Of a stretch of 64,000 bases of DNA, positions 16,513-33,909 are shown piece by piece. The stretch is from the human T2T-CHM13v2.0 reference genome, Homo sapiens: assembly GCF_009914755.1 (NCBI RefSeq), contig NC_060930.1. One strand, written 5' to 3'. Made by a program: the position numbers and the translations under genes. The notes beneath the pieces are model-generated. The model saw nothing but the letters and a program-made list of their open reading frames with translations. It had not been told where the DNA came from and searched no databases. Numbering within the stretch: the first letter of the stretch is position 1; every line of letters begins with the position of its first letter.

Positions 16513-17074
16513 TAAGATAAAGTTTACATAGGAGCCAGATCATCTTAATCTGGGGGCTTCTGATATTGAAGTCCATGGACATCTAGTGGAAAGAACAATG
16601 GACTGGGATACAGAGCCCTAGTATTTATTAATTTGCTTCCTAGCATTGGGTATGTACGTACATATTTTGTTTTTAACTGTCTCAACTTCCTATCAGCAAA
16701 ACGGGAATAACTGGTCCTGACAACTTCATAGGGTGACTATGTGAATCAAAAGGTAATATATGTAAAAATATTTCTTCAAGGCTGTTAGAAGTGTGAGGTG
16801 GTATAATGGTAAAGAATGCAGACTCTGGAGTCAGACCAGCTTCACTTCTTTATAGCTGTGTATTATTTACCTTCTTCTGGTTTCATTTCAAAACTAGACT
16901 GAGGAATAAACAAATGCCTCTGGAGGAATTTATACTGATGACCATTCAGGAAAATTTCTTACTAAGTGATTTTGAGTATCAAAGATAAAAGACAAATTAT
17001 TTCTCCAGAGCTTCCCATTTATTATTTTGCATTCACATAAGAATACAGATTATATTCATGATAAAGAATATTAA

Positions 17075-17822
<748 letters not shown>

Positions 17823-18282
17823 GATACATATGACATAATTTACAGACTGGTATTAAAATTAATGATGGTTCAAAGACTATTAGTTGATTATTTAAATGAT
17901 TCAGCAGTAAAACGTAGTAAGCTTTTCTACACTATACTCAAAAGTATAAAAAGATCATTATGTTTATGGTGGTCAAAATGAACAATTAACTTGATCATCT
18001 TTCTCCTGCAGTAGAACTCAAAATCAATAAGGAGGATTTTGGCAATTTTCCTGAACCCCTAATAAAATGTATTAATAATAATAATAAATCAATAAAACTT
18101 GTTTTGTTTTCACTTTTTTTTTTTTTTTGACTCTAGGACTACTTTACTCATTTACCTGCCTGGCCCATAAACAAAATCTGAGTCTGCTTATTCCCTTCCT
18201 TTGAAGACCAGCTTGGGTATCTCCAGTGTTTTCCTAATGCAAATTAAAATTAACACACCTCTATTAAAAAAAAAAAAAGATG

Positions 18283-18593
<311 letters not shown>

Positions 18594-19109
18594 GCATCTT
18601 TCTTGTTTGGAGTCTTGGCTGGGAGGTACATGTTATACATCAGAACTTAGGTAGGAATGGAAGGCCCAAGAATTCACTGTGCTGTCCGTAAAAGGATGCT
18701 AAACATGTTTGACTTGACAAATTATCACCACTGCAGCTACATTTAAAATACATTAATCATCTAATATTCTTATTTGCATTTTATGTACAACTTAAGTTTT
18801 CACTAAAAAGTATTATTAAACAACAGTCTAAGCTTTTGTGAGAACTGTAATTTGGAACAACTAGTAAAACATCTGGAAACTGAACTGGTGGTCCACAGGC
18901 CACTCTGAATCACAAAAGTGTTTTATTTGATTAGCGGTTAGGGGAAAAGTAAGTGGCTTGTTCTGTTAAATGACAGGATTTTGGTGGGGACCATTTTGAA
19001 GGGCCAGTTCTCATCCAAACCAAGTTCAAGGTCTGGTGGGAAGAAATTCTGCCTTGCCAATTTCAGATGCTGGACACTCACAAAATTTCAATGTCAGGTG
19101 AGAAGCTAT

Positions 19110-19813
19110 TATGCAAAGCCTTTTCCATCCATATTTATCAACTTCCTAAGTTCTCTTTTGAGTGGATTCTCTGGTGTTGAATAAGGAATGAACGTTAAAG
19201 AGAAATTTTACTATACTGATTACACTGAAAGGGTTTCTTTCCAACATGGATTCTGATATGATGAAAAAGCTGAATTCTGACTGTGAACTTTACCACACTT
19301 GTTACACTGGTAGTAACATATCTCCCTGGTGTGAAGCCTCTGGTGCTGGTTGAGGACTGACCACTGGCCAAAGGCTTTGTTGCACTTGTCACATTTATTA
19401 TAGGGTCTCTCTCCAGTATGGATTCTCTTAACGATGAATGAGTCCAGTGTTTGCACTGAAAGCTTTCCCATATTCTTCTCATTTATATATCTAACTCCAG
19501 TGTGAATTATCTTATTTGCATGAAGCCTACACTCCTGAGTAAAGGCTTTCCCATACTTGTTACATTCATAGGAATCCTCACCAGTGTGAATTTCTGATGC
19601 TGAATTAGGACAGAGTTCTGAGCAAAAATTATTCCACATTCATCACTGTGGTATTTTCTGGATATTTTCCTAGTCTTTCCTCATACATTTGGACATCTAC
19701 ACAAAGTTCTCAGGAATACTGCCATCAAATCTGACAGTGTTTTCCTGTTGGCATGTTATTTCATTTCTTTTGTTTGGGAAGAACATTCTCATTCTTCATT
19801 TTGATCAAATCAT
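19110..19813 (-). pseudogene. Zinc-finger terminal exon of decayed ZSCAN gene (relic A)
   Basis: Acceptor TCTTCTTTCAG|ATGATTTG at 19813; overlapping frameshifted ORFs 19220-19639 and 19195-19482 give HTGEDSYECNKYGKAF, HTGERPYNKCDKCNKAFGQWSVLNQHQRLH, LFHHIRIHVGKKPFQCNQ, then RSFLIQHQRIH. Confidence 0.9.
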
Positions 19814-20089
19814 CTGAAAGAAGAGACTGAAAATGTCAGCATAATTCACTCATTCACATATACTTTACTCAATCACTTGCTCACGAAATAAGCACTTTTT
19901 AGAACTACATGCCAGAAGAGATAACAGAAGGAACTTATGTGTATATCCACTGGTGGCATAACCATATAAAAGAGTAATTATTTCATATGTCCTTAAAGCA
20001 GTAAATTTTTTTTTTGTATAGCCCAAGTGAGATATATCTTAAGAACAAAAAGAACAGAAAACATGTGTATACACACACACGCCACCATT

Positions 20090-21700
20090 AAGCTATTTAC
20101 AGTAATCATATTTGTGGGTAATGCGATGTTTTTTATTATGAGGCTATTGTGTATATATTGTGGGACAGCAAATGAGTAATTATTTGATGTTCTATCATTC
20201 CTGGTGTCTTTGAGAATCCTCTAAAAGGAGATACAGATGAAGATAAGAGATTAAGACCCCGAAGTAGTAAATGTGAATTAGAACTATCAATGTGAACTCA
20301 TGATACACACTTTCTTTTAAATTTTTTCCTAACTCTGAGTACTGGAAAGGCCTAGGACCAATGACTAAGCCATAAGCACTCCTAATGCCCTATTTTTGGT
20401 TTTGAAATACCATTTCCCATTAGGCAGAATCGGGGGTCCTTGGAAAAAGTATTAATTCTAGGACTATGTAAGGAAAACTATAAGATGGGCCTCGTACATC
20501 TTATCATACAGGTCAGCAAGAAAACTATCAAAGATGACTAGGTTCATGTCATAAGGATTCACATGCCAAACTGAAAAGGTTTCTACTGCTCAAAGAGGAG
20601 ACAAATGAGCTTTAGTAAGGATAGTATTATGGACTGAAAAACATCAAATAACGCTTCAATCCAAAAGTTCCTAATGATACTATTACTAACAACTGGTCAC
20701 TGTTTTAAAGGATGACTACAAACTAATTCATTGTTTTGAAAACTGATTTAAAAAGCAAAGTAGTGGGGAGTGACTTAAGCAATTATCTTGCCTTTCCTAA
20801 ACAAACCATTGAATAACTAAACAAAAAATCAGGGGAAATGTCTCTTTATATAACTATTCCAGCTTTATTAAATGAAGAAAGAAGGATACAATTAGAATGT
20901 CACCATTTTGGGACCCCTAATGGATTACTGGCTATAGGTATTGAGGATCAATAGCTGCTAACACCACAGAAAAAGAGACAAACAGAAAATAATAGGCTTC
21001 AAATAGAACACACCATCTTGCCAAAATCATTAAATTTATCTGGTCAAAAAAACTTAAAACTTGATTTTGATCAAGCCTGTACATTACTACAATTTACAGA
21101 AAATACAGAGGACAACAGAACATCTTAGACTATAGCACATGATGCAGACAGCAAAACCCATGCTGTGTGCAACTCTACAGGACAAACAACTTCATTTTCT
21201 TTAACAAGTGAGTTGGAAGAGAAAACAGGAGAGGGTACCCATATATTAAAAGAAACTTAGGAGACATATCAACCCATCACAATGTGTTTTCTTCCTTGGA
21301 TCTTGATTCAAATAAGTTAAAAAACAAAATGAACAAAAAAAAGTTTATGACATCTTTGAGAAAACTGGAAAATTGATATTAAGGAATTACTGTTAATTGT
21401 TTAGGTATGAAAATAGTATTATGTTTACATTTTTAAAATTCATATCTTTTACAGCAAATATTGAAATATTTACATTTGAAAGACTATGCTAGCTCAGATA
21501 TGCTTTAAAATTATATATATATAAAAGCATGGGATATGAGTAGAGTTGTAAGTGAAACAAGTTTGGCCATAATCTGATAATGTTGAAGCTGGGTGACAGG
21601 TTTGTGGGGATTTATTAGAAGTAGTACAATTGTACTTTTATATATGCTTAAACTTTTTTCATAGTACAGAGTGAAGAAAAAAAGAAAAAGAAAAGAGTTT
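20090..21700 (+). mobile_element. Old L1M 3'-region fragment
   Basis: A-rich L1M-type 3'UTR phrases (GATAATGTTGAAGCTGGGTGACAGG, CATATATTAAAAGAAACTTAGGAGACATATCAACC). Confidence 0.6.
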
Positions 21701-22361
21701 ATGGCTTTTAGTTGGTAGTATTTAAAAAAAGAAAAAAGCAGCAATGTAAAAACCCTCTAAGGCCAGTTACAAAATAATTCAATACCCTTGCAGTGAAATG
21801 TAAGTCAGCTACATATAGGTATTATATGTAACTTGAAAAGATATCCATAATGTAATATTAAACTAAAAAACAAGTGGTAAACAATATGTACTGTATAATG
21901 ACATTTTAGCATGCATGCGTGCTTTCCCAGTAAGCATGCACCTACTAAAGTTTTATGTTTCCTACACTCATTTAAAAAATGTACATTTAAAAATTTACTA
22001 ATTGCATGTAGCCTTTTAGTAGTTTTCTATTGGCTTCAATATAGAAAAACATTCTCCTGTCTTTGCGATAAGAGGTCTGGGTTAAGGAAGTTGGCAGTAT
22101 TAGAAGGGAGAAACTGAACCATGCAAGGTAACATGAGTAGCAGGATTTTTTAAAAAAAAACAATTTTAAGGCAAAGAAGTGAAGAAAGAAAAGAATCATA
22201 ATCCAGGCTAAAGTGGTATGCTTAGAGGAACAGGTTAAAAGTGGAATAGGCAATAGAGATTAAATGAAAGGTATGCAGAGATTTTAGTGACAAGGTTCAT
22301 TTGGAAAAATGCAAAAAGACACCAACATTTCCTAACTTCTTCTTTGCTATCTCCTCCTCAG

Positions 22362-22491
22362 CGTTCTCCTTAACAGTGTGAAACTCCCAACATTCAGAGC
22401 TGAGTTGACCCTTTACTGGCTGGAGCCGGACTCCAGTTGAGTCCTATGAGGCTGCCAGATACACTATTTGCGTTGGGACACTTCTTGTCCC
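22362..22491 (-). pseudogene. Linker (middle) exon of relic A
   Basis: Acceptor CTCCTACAG|GGGACAAG; reads GQEVS.. then (frameshift) DSTGVRLQPVKGQLSSECWEFHTVKEN, like ZSCAN linker exons; donor position reads G|CTGAGG versus G|GTGAGG in ZSCAN23 exon 3. Confidence 0.65.
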
Positions 22492-22833
22492 CTGTAGGAG
22501 GGTGGGGAATTGGGCACAATTAGATGGAGTTTAATGAGGGTGACATTTGCTGAAAGTTAGAGCTTAAAATCCCATTATTACTGTGGAACACACGATGGGA
22601 GGGCAGAAAGCAGTTTTCTGTCATCTGCAAGGGCAGGGATACACAGACAAAGAGGGGAAAATACACAGGGCCTACAAGTTAAAAAAAACTCACCAAACTA
22701 GAACAAAAATAAATAACTCTGGCCAATAACATGTTAGCCATTTTCTCTAACTACGCTAGAGAAGTTATCTCAACTCTCTTATCTCTCTCTGGAGATAATA
22801 TCTGCTATCTGATAAGACATTTCTTCATTTTAC

Positions 22834-23258
22834 CTTTCCTCTCAGATCATTCAGCTTCCTCTCCAAGTTCTTCAGTACAGACAGCCTCTTTCCTATACTC
22901 TGGGATGCTCCTATACCCAGGCCTGGAGTTCTTGGGCAGGATGGTCAGGATCAGTAGTTCCAAGACGTGTTCCTTGCTGTGTATCACTGGTCTCCACCAC
23001 TGATGGCAAAGAACCTGAAGCTGGACCCTTGAGGCCCAAGTAAATACCCACCATATCCTCTCTGAAGAACTCCTGACCAGAAGCTCCCTTTCTGTGTGGG
23101 CTAGATTCTTTAACTATTTGACACTTCTTTCGTTCTTCTGCAGTTGGTCTGAATGCATTCCTGGGTGAAACAGCTCAGAAGACTGGCTCACTGCAGCAGT
23201 GCGTATGCTTCAGGCTGATGCTAAGGCATAACACATCATTGTTGAGATCAGCTCCAAA
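22834..23258 (-). pseudogene. SCAN-domain exon of relic A
   Basis: Minus-strand translation [30 protein letters not shown](fs)ELQAWV*EHP...[15 protein letters not shown], then donor AAG|GTAAAA; aligns to ZSCAN23 [44 protein letters not shown]...[15 protein letters not shown]. Confidence 0.9.
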
Positions 23259-23534
23259 CTGGAACATATTTACTGAGTGAATGGCTGTATCAAGGCAAAA
23301 AGTGTGAAGGTAAAAAAAAAAATTTCTGTGAAAGATAAATAAGCAAAAAATGACATAAAATTAACTAAAAGACATTTCAGTTACTTCAAGAGTGAAGAAT
23401 AAGACACTATTAGCTTTTAGATCTAGAAAATTCAGTGAAATATTCAGATGATTATCAAAAACAATAGGTGCAAAAAGTAATGCACACAACTTGGTATGCT
23501 TATATTGCATGTCAGATGGGTCAATTAACATTTA

Positions 23535-26206
<2,672 letters not shown>

Positions 26207-26246
26207 TATAAGTCAACTTCTCTGTGCCAAGAATTGTGCTAGATGA

Positions 26247-26591
<345 letters not shown>

Positions 26592-26800
26592 TGACTTATC
26601 AGTCCCAAGTTAAACAAACAGGGCCCCCTTGGTACACAAACCCAGTGGGTATTTTTCAATCCTTTTCCTACCAGATGCCCCTGCAGCACCTAACACTGCT
26701 AACTACTCCCAATCTTCTAAGAAACACTATACTCTTCTGGTTGTTCTTCCATAAGTTGGTTTTTGTAGCGTTTAGCCTAATGCTTGGCACTCAGGAAGAA

Positions 26801-27148
26801 CAGTTATGCATTGCTTAATCACATGGTTATGTTCTGAGAAATGTGTCTTTAGGCAATTTCATCATTGTGAGAATATCATAGACTGTACTTCCACAAACCT
26901 AGATGGTAGAGCCTACTATACACCTAGGCTATAGTGTATAACCTAATGCTCCTAGGCTACAAACCTGTACAGCACGTTTCTGTATTGAATATTGTAGGCA
27001 GCTATAACACAAAGCCAAGTATTTGTATATCTAAACATATCTAAACACAGAAAAGGTATAGTAAAAATATGTTATTATAATCTTATGGAACTATTATTGT
27101 ACATGTGGTCTGCTGTTTACTGAAACATCGCTATATGGCACATGACTG
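26801..27148. mobile_element. Tigger3a/MER7-type MITE
   Basis: CAGTTATGCATTGCTTAA...TTCTGAGAAATGTGTC...CAAACCTAGATGG...GCACATGACTG; ~350 bp. Confidence 0.85.
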
Positions 27149-27240
27149 TATTATACAAGTACCTGTTAAATATGTTTCTAATGACTATTATTTAGTCTAC
27201 TTCGTAGCTCTTATTCTGCCTGTCAAAAATGTCTAGTATC

Positions 27241-27527
27241 CAGCTGGGCACGGTGGCTCCAACCTGTAATCCCAACACTTTGGGAGGCTGAGGCGGGTGG
27301 ATCACCTGAGGTCAGGAGTTCGACACCAGCTTGACCAACATGGAGAAACCCCATCTCTACTAAAAATACAAAATTAGCCGGGTGTGATGGCGCGTGCCTG
27401 TAATCCTAGCTATTTGGGAGGCTGAGGCAGAATTACTTGAACCCAGGAGGCGGAGGTTGTGGTGAGCTGAGGTTGAGCCATTGCACTCCAGCATGGGCAA
27501 CAAGAGCAAAACTCCATCAAAAAAAAA
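27241..27527 (+). mobile_element. AluS (Sp/Sq-like) element
   Basis: Full dimer; TSD AAAAATGT(C/T)TAGTATCC. Confidence 0.93.
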
Positions 27528-29189
27528 TGTTTAGTATCCTAAATTGAAATCCAGCCTTATTCTCATCCCATATTTATTCTGGGCAATCTCAACCATTTGA
27601 TGACATCAGCTTTCACCTGAAAACTCCTAAGCCTGATTCTCTCATACCAATCTTTCTTTGGAGCTCCAGGCCCTTACAGTCCAGTGGTGCATTAGACCTT
27701 TTCACTTGTATGTCTTACAAGCATCTTCAACTCACCACCAAAAATTCATCATTTTCCCCTTGTGACCAATTTATTCTCCAATATTAGCCATCTCTTATAA
27801 AATTGTGCCACACTTACCTAATAATTTAATCCAAAAACCTGCCTATTTATCCCTGGATACATTTATTTTATTTAAAGAATACACTTAGTGTGTGACAGGC
27901 AGTTCTCTCAGTACCTTTTCTTTCTCACTTTCATCAATCTAATTAGTTATCAGGTCTAGTTAAATCTGTAATCTTTAACACAGTTCCACTTGGTGCCCTC
28001 TTTATTTCTATAGCCAGTGACTTACTTTCACCAACTTATGGTTTTGGTTCTTTCTTTAACAACTACAAGTCTCTTATCTCCCTTGCTTTCAGTTTTGCCC
28101 CTTTCCAATTCATTCACCACACCACTTCTAGAATATTTCTAGAAAGCTAGTAAGATTACATTACTCCTCTGCTTAAATCCAGACAGAGCATATAACTGCC
28201 CAACTACTGTGCATTGCCACAGTTTACTGGGTGCTTCAAATGGCTTATAGGAGTACCACCAGCATACTGATCTCTTCAGCTACCGGGGTGGCCAGGAAGT
28301 GTGCATACAAATTTTCTTTATGTGCTGTGACATTAAGAAAATGGAAAAGCACACCACCCTATAAACTTTAAATTCCTCAGCATATTTCAGTTACTCTCTA
28401 CTCTCTTTGCCCCACCTCTGCCACTCTTGTTGCCCAGGCTGGAATGCACCCACCTTCATTTACTTGTGGTTTTCTGAAATGGTTTTCTGATCCCTCCTTC
28501 ACATACTATAACTATCCCTCAAGGTCCATTTCCTCTTTGCTATCCAACTTCTGAGAGTCCACAGAGACAGCTCTGCTATTGCCTACTCAGGGAAGTTATC
28601 TTTAACGTTCCACCTCCAAAGTCCCTATGTACGAAGTTTATTTTCCTCAAGGCAACATGTCTTTCCCATTACACTATACAGTAAGAAATGCCTTTTATCT
28701 GGCTTATTCCCATTTTTGCAACATAAAGCCTGGCCCATTATGTGGCACTCAATAAATGCTTGCTTGAATGTTCTAACTTCTGAATGTTTTCTTACCCAGA
28801 GAAATTCACGTACCACTTCCCTCTGTTTTGCAGAATTGTGGGGACCATGTAAAGTATTTTTCTTTAAGTACTAAGCCTTTACAGATACACAATATCGTGA
28901 CCATTAGCATAGGGGATTTTTATGAAAACTCTGAAAAAACTGTTCAGGTTAAAACGGCCGTAGGATTCAGAAAACGTATACGGAAGCCAGCTTTTGGCCA
29001 TAAGGACCTGTCAGCTGATGGATTCCGGTGAGGCCTCCTTGCTGGTAAGTCTGTGCCCTCATCTCAGAAGGGGGTGATCCATACAGACCTAGCTCTGTAC
29101 AGCGCTTTGTTCAGTTCTCTGTATCTCTGAAATGTCTGATGGAGCAGACACAAAACACAAAATCCTGATCCTGAGAGATCTACGTAAAA

Positions 29190-29700
29190 GAGGGGAACTC
29201 GAGCAAGCCCTGGAAAAGGGGGCAACAGCACCCCCTCCGAGTACCGTTATCTCTGGATCGCTGAGAAAGTATAAAGCATCTTGCATGGGTAGAAGAGACC
29301 AGGACACCGCCTACACACACAGTCCCAGGACACTAAAACCTGAACACCTCTCTAGGAGAAAGGACGCACTTCGGCCGGCTCCTCTGCCGCCTCTCTAGGA
29401 TTCTTGGAGGATCCATCAATCTCAGTGGTTCATTTGTGCACACCACCTGGCTCGCCTTTGTGAGCGCAGAAGCCGCCTCAAAAAGGCTGAGGCCGACAGG
29501 GGTCGTAACCTCTTGTGTCCAGCAGCCACTCAGTCTGGGCTGACTTCTCTCTCTCCCCTGCTGAAGACACTTGACTGCTCGCACTGGATCCTCCGTGTCC
29601 TCCGTTCCCTAGGTCCCCGGTCCTCCAGGGTCTCAGGCATCAGGGTCTTTCCCTCTATCCTCAGGGAGATTCCTCAATTCGGCCCCAACGAGCACCTTAG
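29190..29700. promoter_or_regulatory. Weak CpG/GC-rich patch; candidate relict promoter of relic A
   Basis: Local CpG enrichment in non-repetitive DNA (ACTTCGGCCGGCTCCTCTGCCGCC, GAGCGCAGAAGCCGCC, GGCCGACAGGGGTCG) against an AT-rich background. Confidence 0.35.
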
Positions 29701-32700
29701 AGCCCAACCAAGATCCTGGGATGGCTGATGGGGGTGTAGGAGTCTAGGCACAGGCACACTCAGAGCTCCTCCCACAGCCCTAGTCATGTCTCTCAGAAGA
29801 TAAAGGGCTTTCCAAACAAAACAACCAACCAACCAACCAACCCCAGGTCTGGTATTATCTGTACCACACAAATTGTCCAATTACCTTCACTCTGCCCCCA
29901 AGGGTCAAATGCAATAATCAACACCCACCTGAGGAAAACGGGGAAGATGTTGGCTTGCTCTCCATTGTTTTAAACCTGTTTAAATAAATCAGGTCCCCCC
30001 GAGTAACTTAACCACTAGCAAGTTTGGGGCTTATAGATCCCTGACTACATACCCCTCTACAATGAATTAGCAGAAGTCAGGGGTGATGAGGGGAGGCCAC
30101 CACCACCCCCACCCCTGCAGTCAATGATCTTGAGTCAATTGCTGAATAGCTATGAAGATCTATTGACACACTTAAGGCAGGGTCAGCTGTCTTTGGTACC
30201 ATCAAGTGGCAAGAGGACTCCTCCACAGCCAACAAATGATGTGGAGTGAATGTGATAAATTATGAAACTACTTGGTACAATATCTGCCCCCTTCCCCTTC
30301 ATCCGACTACCTGCTTAAAATGGCTCACTGTTTGCCTTAACACTGCAAGCTCTGATCCAGTACTCTATCTTCTCACTTTCTTCTACAGTATAAGGTTGAA
30401 CACTGTACTCCATCTGTCCCTATACCACTGAAACACTCCTGTGCTTCCAGGATGTTGTCCATCTTGTCTGGTAAACCATTCACTCAATAGGTTAATCTTA
30501 GGTAACTAGTTATGTTAACAATGGGTTTGTCTTAATTAGGGGCGGGATGGGGGGGCCCTCTGTTTTGTTTGTGCAGACATATTATCCCATCCTTTCTTTC
30601 CTAATCCAATAGATCTATTACTGGGGGTTACCAGGCTAGGTGGCTACACCTAAGTCTCCAACAGCCTTTTTCATATATATTCTGCCTTAGCTTTCATGAC
30701 AGAACATTGTAATCTTTCTGATTCTCTGTCTTTTCTATATGCTTGGTTGAAAAAATACTGCCTATTGCAAAAATTATTAGTATGGGGACCATACCTCCTG
30801 GTTTATACCTGTTGTCTTGGTGTAATTATTAACAGCACTCCTTTTCATTTTCAAGTGTCCCAGATTGGACAATAAATTATATAGTTACCTTATGTGTGTG
30901 GACCACTAATATACTAATTAGATACAGATTTTCAGGCTCTGCCTCAGAAACTGATTCAGTAGGTCTGGGGTGGGGCTGAGAAAACTGCACTTCAAACCAA
31001 CAACCCAGGTGATTCTAGTGCAGCTATCATCAAGAAATAGTGCTTTCAACACTGCCCATTGGCAGTTGGCATAGAAAACTGGGGATAGGTTCAAGGAGAT
31101 CTAAAAATCACAGTGGTTTATAGACTATGCTTTTCTCCCTGTCCTCCATTTTATGGAAAGTAATAAAAAGTGTGAGGAGTAAAAGGCAGTGAGATTTTCA
31201 CTGCTTAAGACAATAGTATCTAAAAACTTGGACCAGTTGATAAATAAGAGAGATTTCTAATAATTATTATGAAGATGAAGCATGTTTCTTGGCAACACTC
31301 TGTCTCTGCATCTATCTTTTTATTTTTCCTTTGGTCAACATTTTTTGCCCAATCTAGAGTTTTAGCATCTAATTTTACCTTCTGTCTGATTCTTTTTTAT
31401 GTTCTTATATTTTGTTCTTTTTTCTTTCCATCCCACTTTGTTGTTGCTGTTGTTTGCAGATGCCTACAGTGGGTCTCAGGGCTCCAAGTGTAAGTGTCTA
31501 TGAAACCATATATAATTCACAATTATCTTTGTTCATAATTGGTTTCCTTTACAAAATTTTTAAGGCAATAAAAGACAGAAAGATTACTACAAGTGCTTAA
31601 GCACTTTGGACTTCACTTTTCTCATTATCTTAAATGGAGAAGCATTTAAGATATTTATAAACTCAGAATACTATAGAATATGTATTACATCACTTTATGG
31701 AATACATATTTACTTAAGAAGTTGATTTTACTTCAAAATCGAGTCTACTATATTTTTCTTAACTTCACTCAAAAATCTGTAGCTATTTATCTTGGAAATA
31801 ATTTAACCTCAAGACACAATAAAAAATACTCTTCAGGAAATATAAGTTTTTTATAATACCCGCAATAAGCCTTAAGTAGTGACACAAACAGTTTGATATG
31901 TAAGGTGTAAGAATATGTGATAGAACTAAATACACTAAACTGAAAAATACCACCCATCACTTCCCCATTTCTCTGTAGAAGAATTATGTGCAATTCTGGT
32001 TGCCCACACCTTGTTTCCTAGCTCATATGAAAGCTGTTAGCTTTTGAACAGAAGGAATTTAACTTGGACTAAACTGGGGAAAAGAATGAAACAGAATATG
32101 TAACATTTTAAAATAGTGAGATTTTTCATCTATAGGAGTTTGTTAAACTATGGAGTATGAACAAATAAAATTCTATTCACTTATAAAAAGAATGAAGAAG
32201 TTCTGTCATGATGTGGACATCTCTAAAGATTATATTCTTTCATGAAAACAGCAAGGTATTAGAAGAGTATAAATAATATGCCATCTTCCTGAGTAATGGA
32301 AGAAATAAGATTATACATTCATATTTGCCTATATTTACATAAAGAAACACTGAAAGATACATAAGAAACTAGTACAATGGCTACTTATAAAGGGAAAGTA
32401 GACCTTTTTGTATTATTTTGATTTTTGAACCAGGTGAAGAATGAATTATCTTTTTAAAAAAGTCCTACTGAGTAAATTAAATTTTAAAAGCTAAAAATAA
32501 TAATTACAAAAATAAAATGCTTTCAATGAGGAATAAATGAGAAGAGTCTTTCCTGGACTCCACTGTAAATTAAATAGAGGAGTTGTGCTTTATTGAAACA
32601 TATAAATGGGTGGGTTTGTTGAGCAACTTCAGTGACTTATAAATCCTATAAATTCCATATACTTGTAATTTTTATTTGGTGATATAATGCCTCCAGTGGC

Positions 32701-33909
32701 TTAATAGAATGTTACACTAGGAAGTAGGAGACAGGGTTCTAGTTCCAGCTCTGCTTTTAACTGGCTGTATGATCTTAGTTACTTCCCAGAACTTCCTTTT
32801 CTCTTATCTGTCAAATAAGAGCAAGCAGAAGTGATCTCTAAGGTCCCTTAGAGTGATTCTGTTATTCTAAAGTTACTTGCTATGTATTGGGTATTTGGGT
32901 GTATTCCAAACCAGATTGTTTTCACCATAGGTTTTCCATTTCTTTGTCTCCTGGACCTTGTGTAAAGCTTTGTAAAGAGTTACTAAGTCAATGTTAAGGG
33001 AAATAAATTTTTTTATTTATGATCTTGGTGGTAATCAATAGTAAATGCTGAGAAATGTGGAGGTTATAAAAACAATCAACATGAAAGAGTGATCATACTC
33101 TTCTCTTCAATCTTGAATATGTTTCAAATTTTCCATACAAAATATTGAATAAAGGAGAAAAAGGCAAAAACAAAAAAATGCTCATTATATGTTACGGGAA
33201 AAATACAAAGAGGCCTGTATTTTCCAATAAGAAATCTGAGGTGAGATATCAGATTTTTAGCTAAGTTTCTTAGCCTCTGCGTAAATTTAAAATCATGAGC
33301 AATATTTGTTATGAGGAGCCACTGAGCTGCTAATAACATATGGCTGCTTCAGTTCCTTGGTTCCTAAAGGCTAACTAAAAAATCTATAGAAATCTAACTT
33401 ACTATAAATCTACATTTATATAGGAGGATTCATCTGCCCCTTTTTGTAGGTTACAAAGCAAATTATCATATTTTATGTGAATGGAAAGAAGTCAGGAAAC
33501 CTATATTATGAATTTTATTACAATTATTTTTAAGTTAATTTTTAAATACTCGGTGAACTGCATTTGAGATTATTTTGTACTCAGCCTACATATAACTATT
33601 TTAAACTTTTAAAAAAAGTTTTTAAAAACTAGGATGAAGAAGTTTTCCTGAAATAGAAAACTTCTTGCACAGATGTGTGTGAAACTAGGTCTACAGCATA
33701 CATGATGAAATCAACACAAGAGGCAACATTCAGTATTGCAAAGCTGTGGATGTCACTGATCAGAGAACTCGGCAGATGTATTTAAGATATTATGCTTCTC
33801 TCTGCATAAAAGTAAGGGAATTTTTACTGGCTTTCCCTTGAACTTTTCTATGCTAGAGGACACAGCAGGGACAAAGTAAGAAATATTATCCCCTACCTGT
33901 TCCAAGGAG

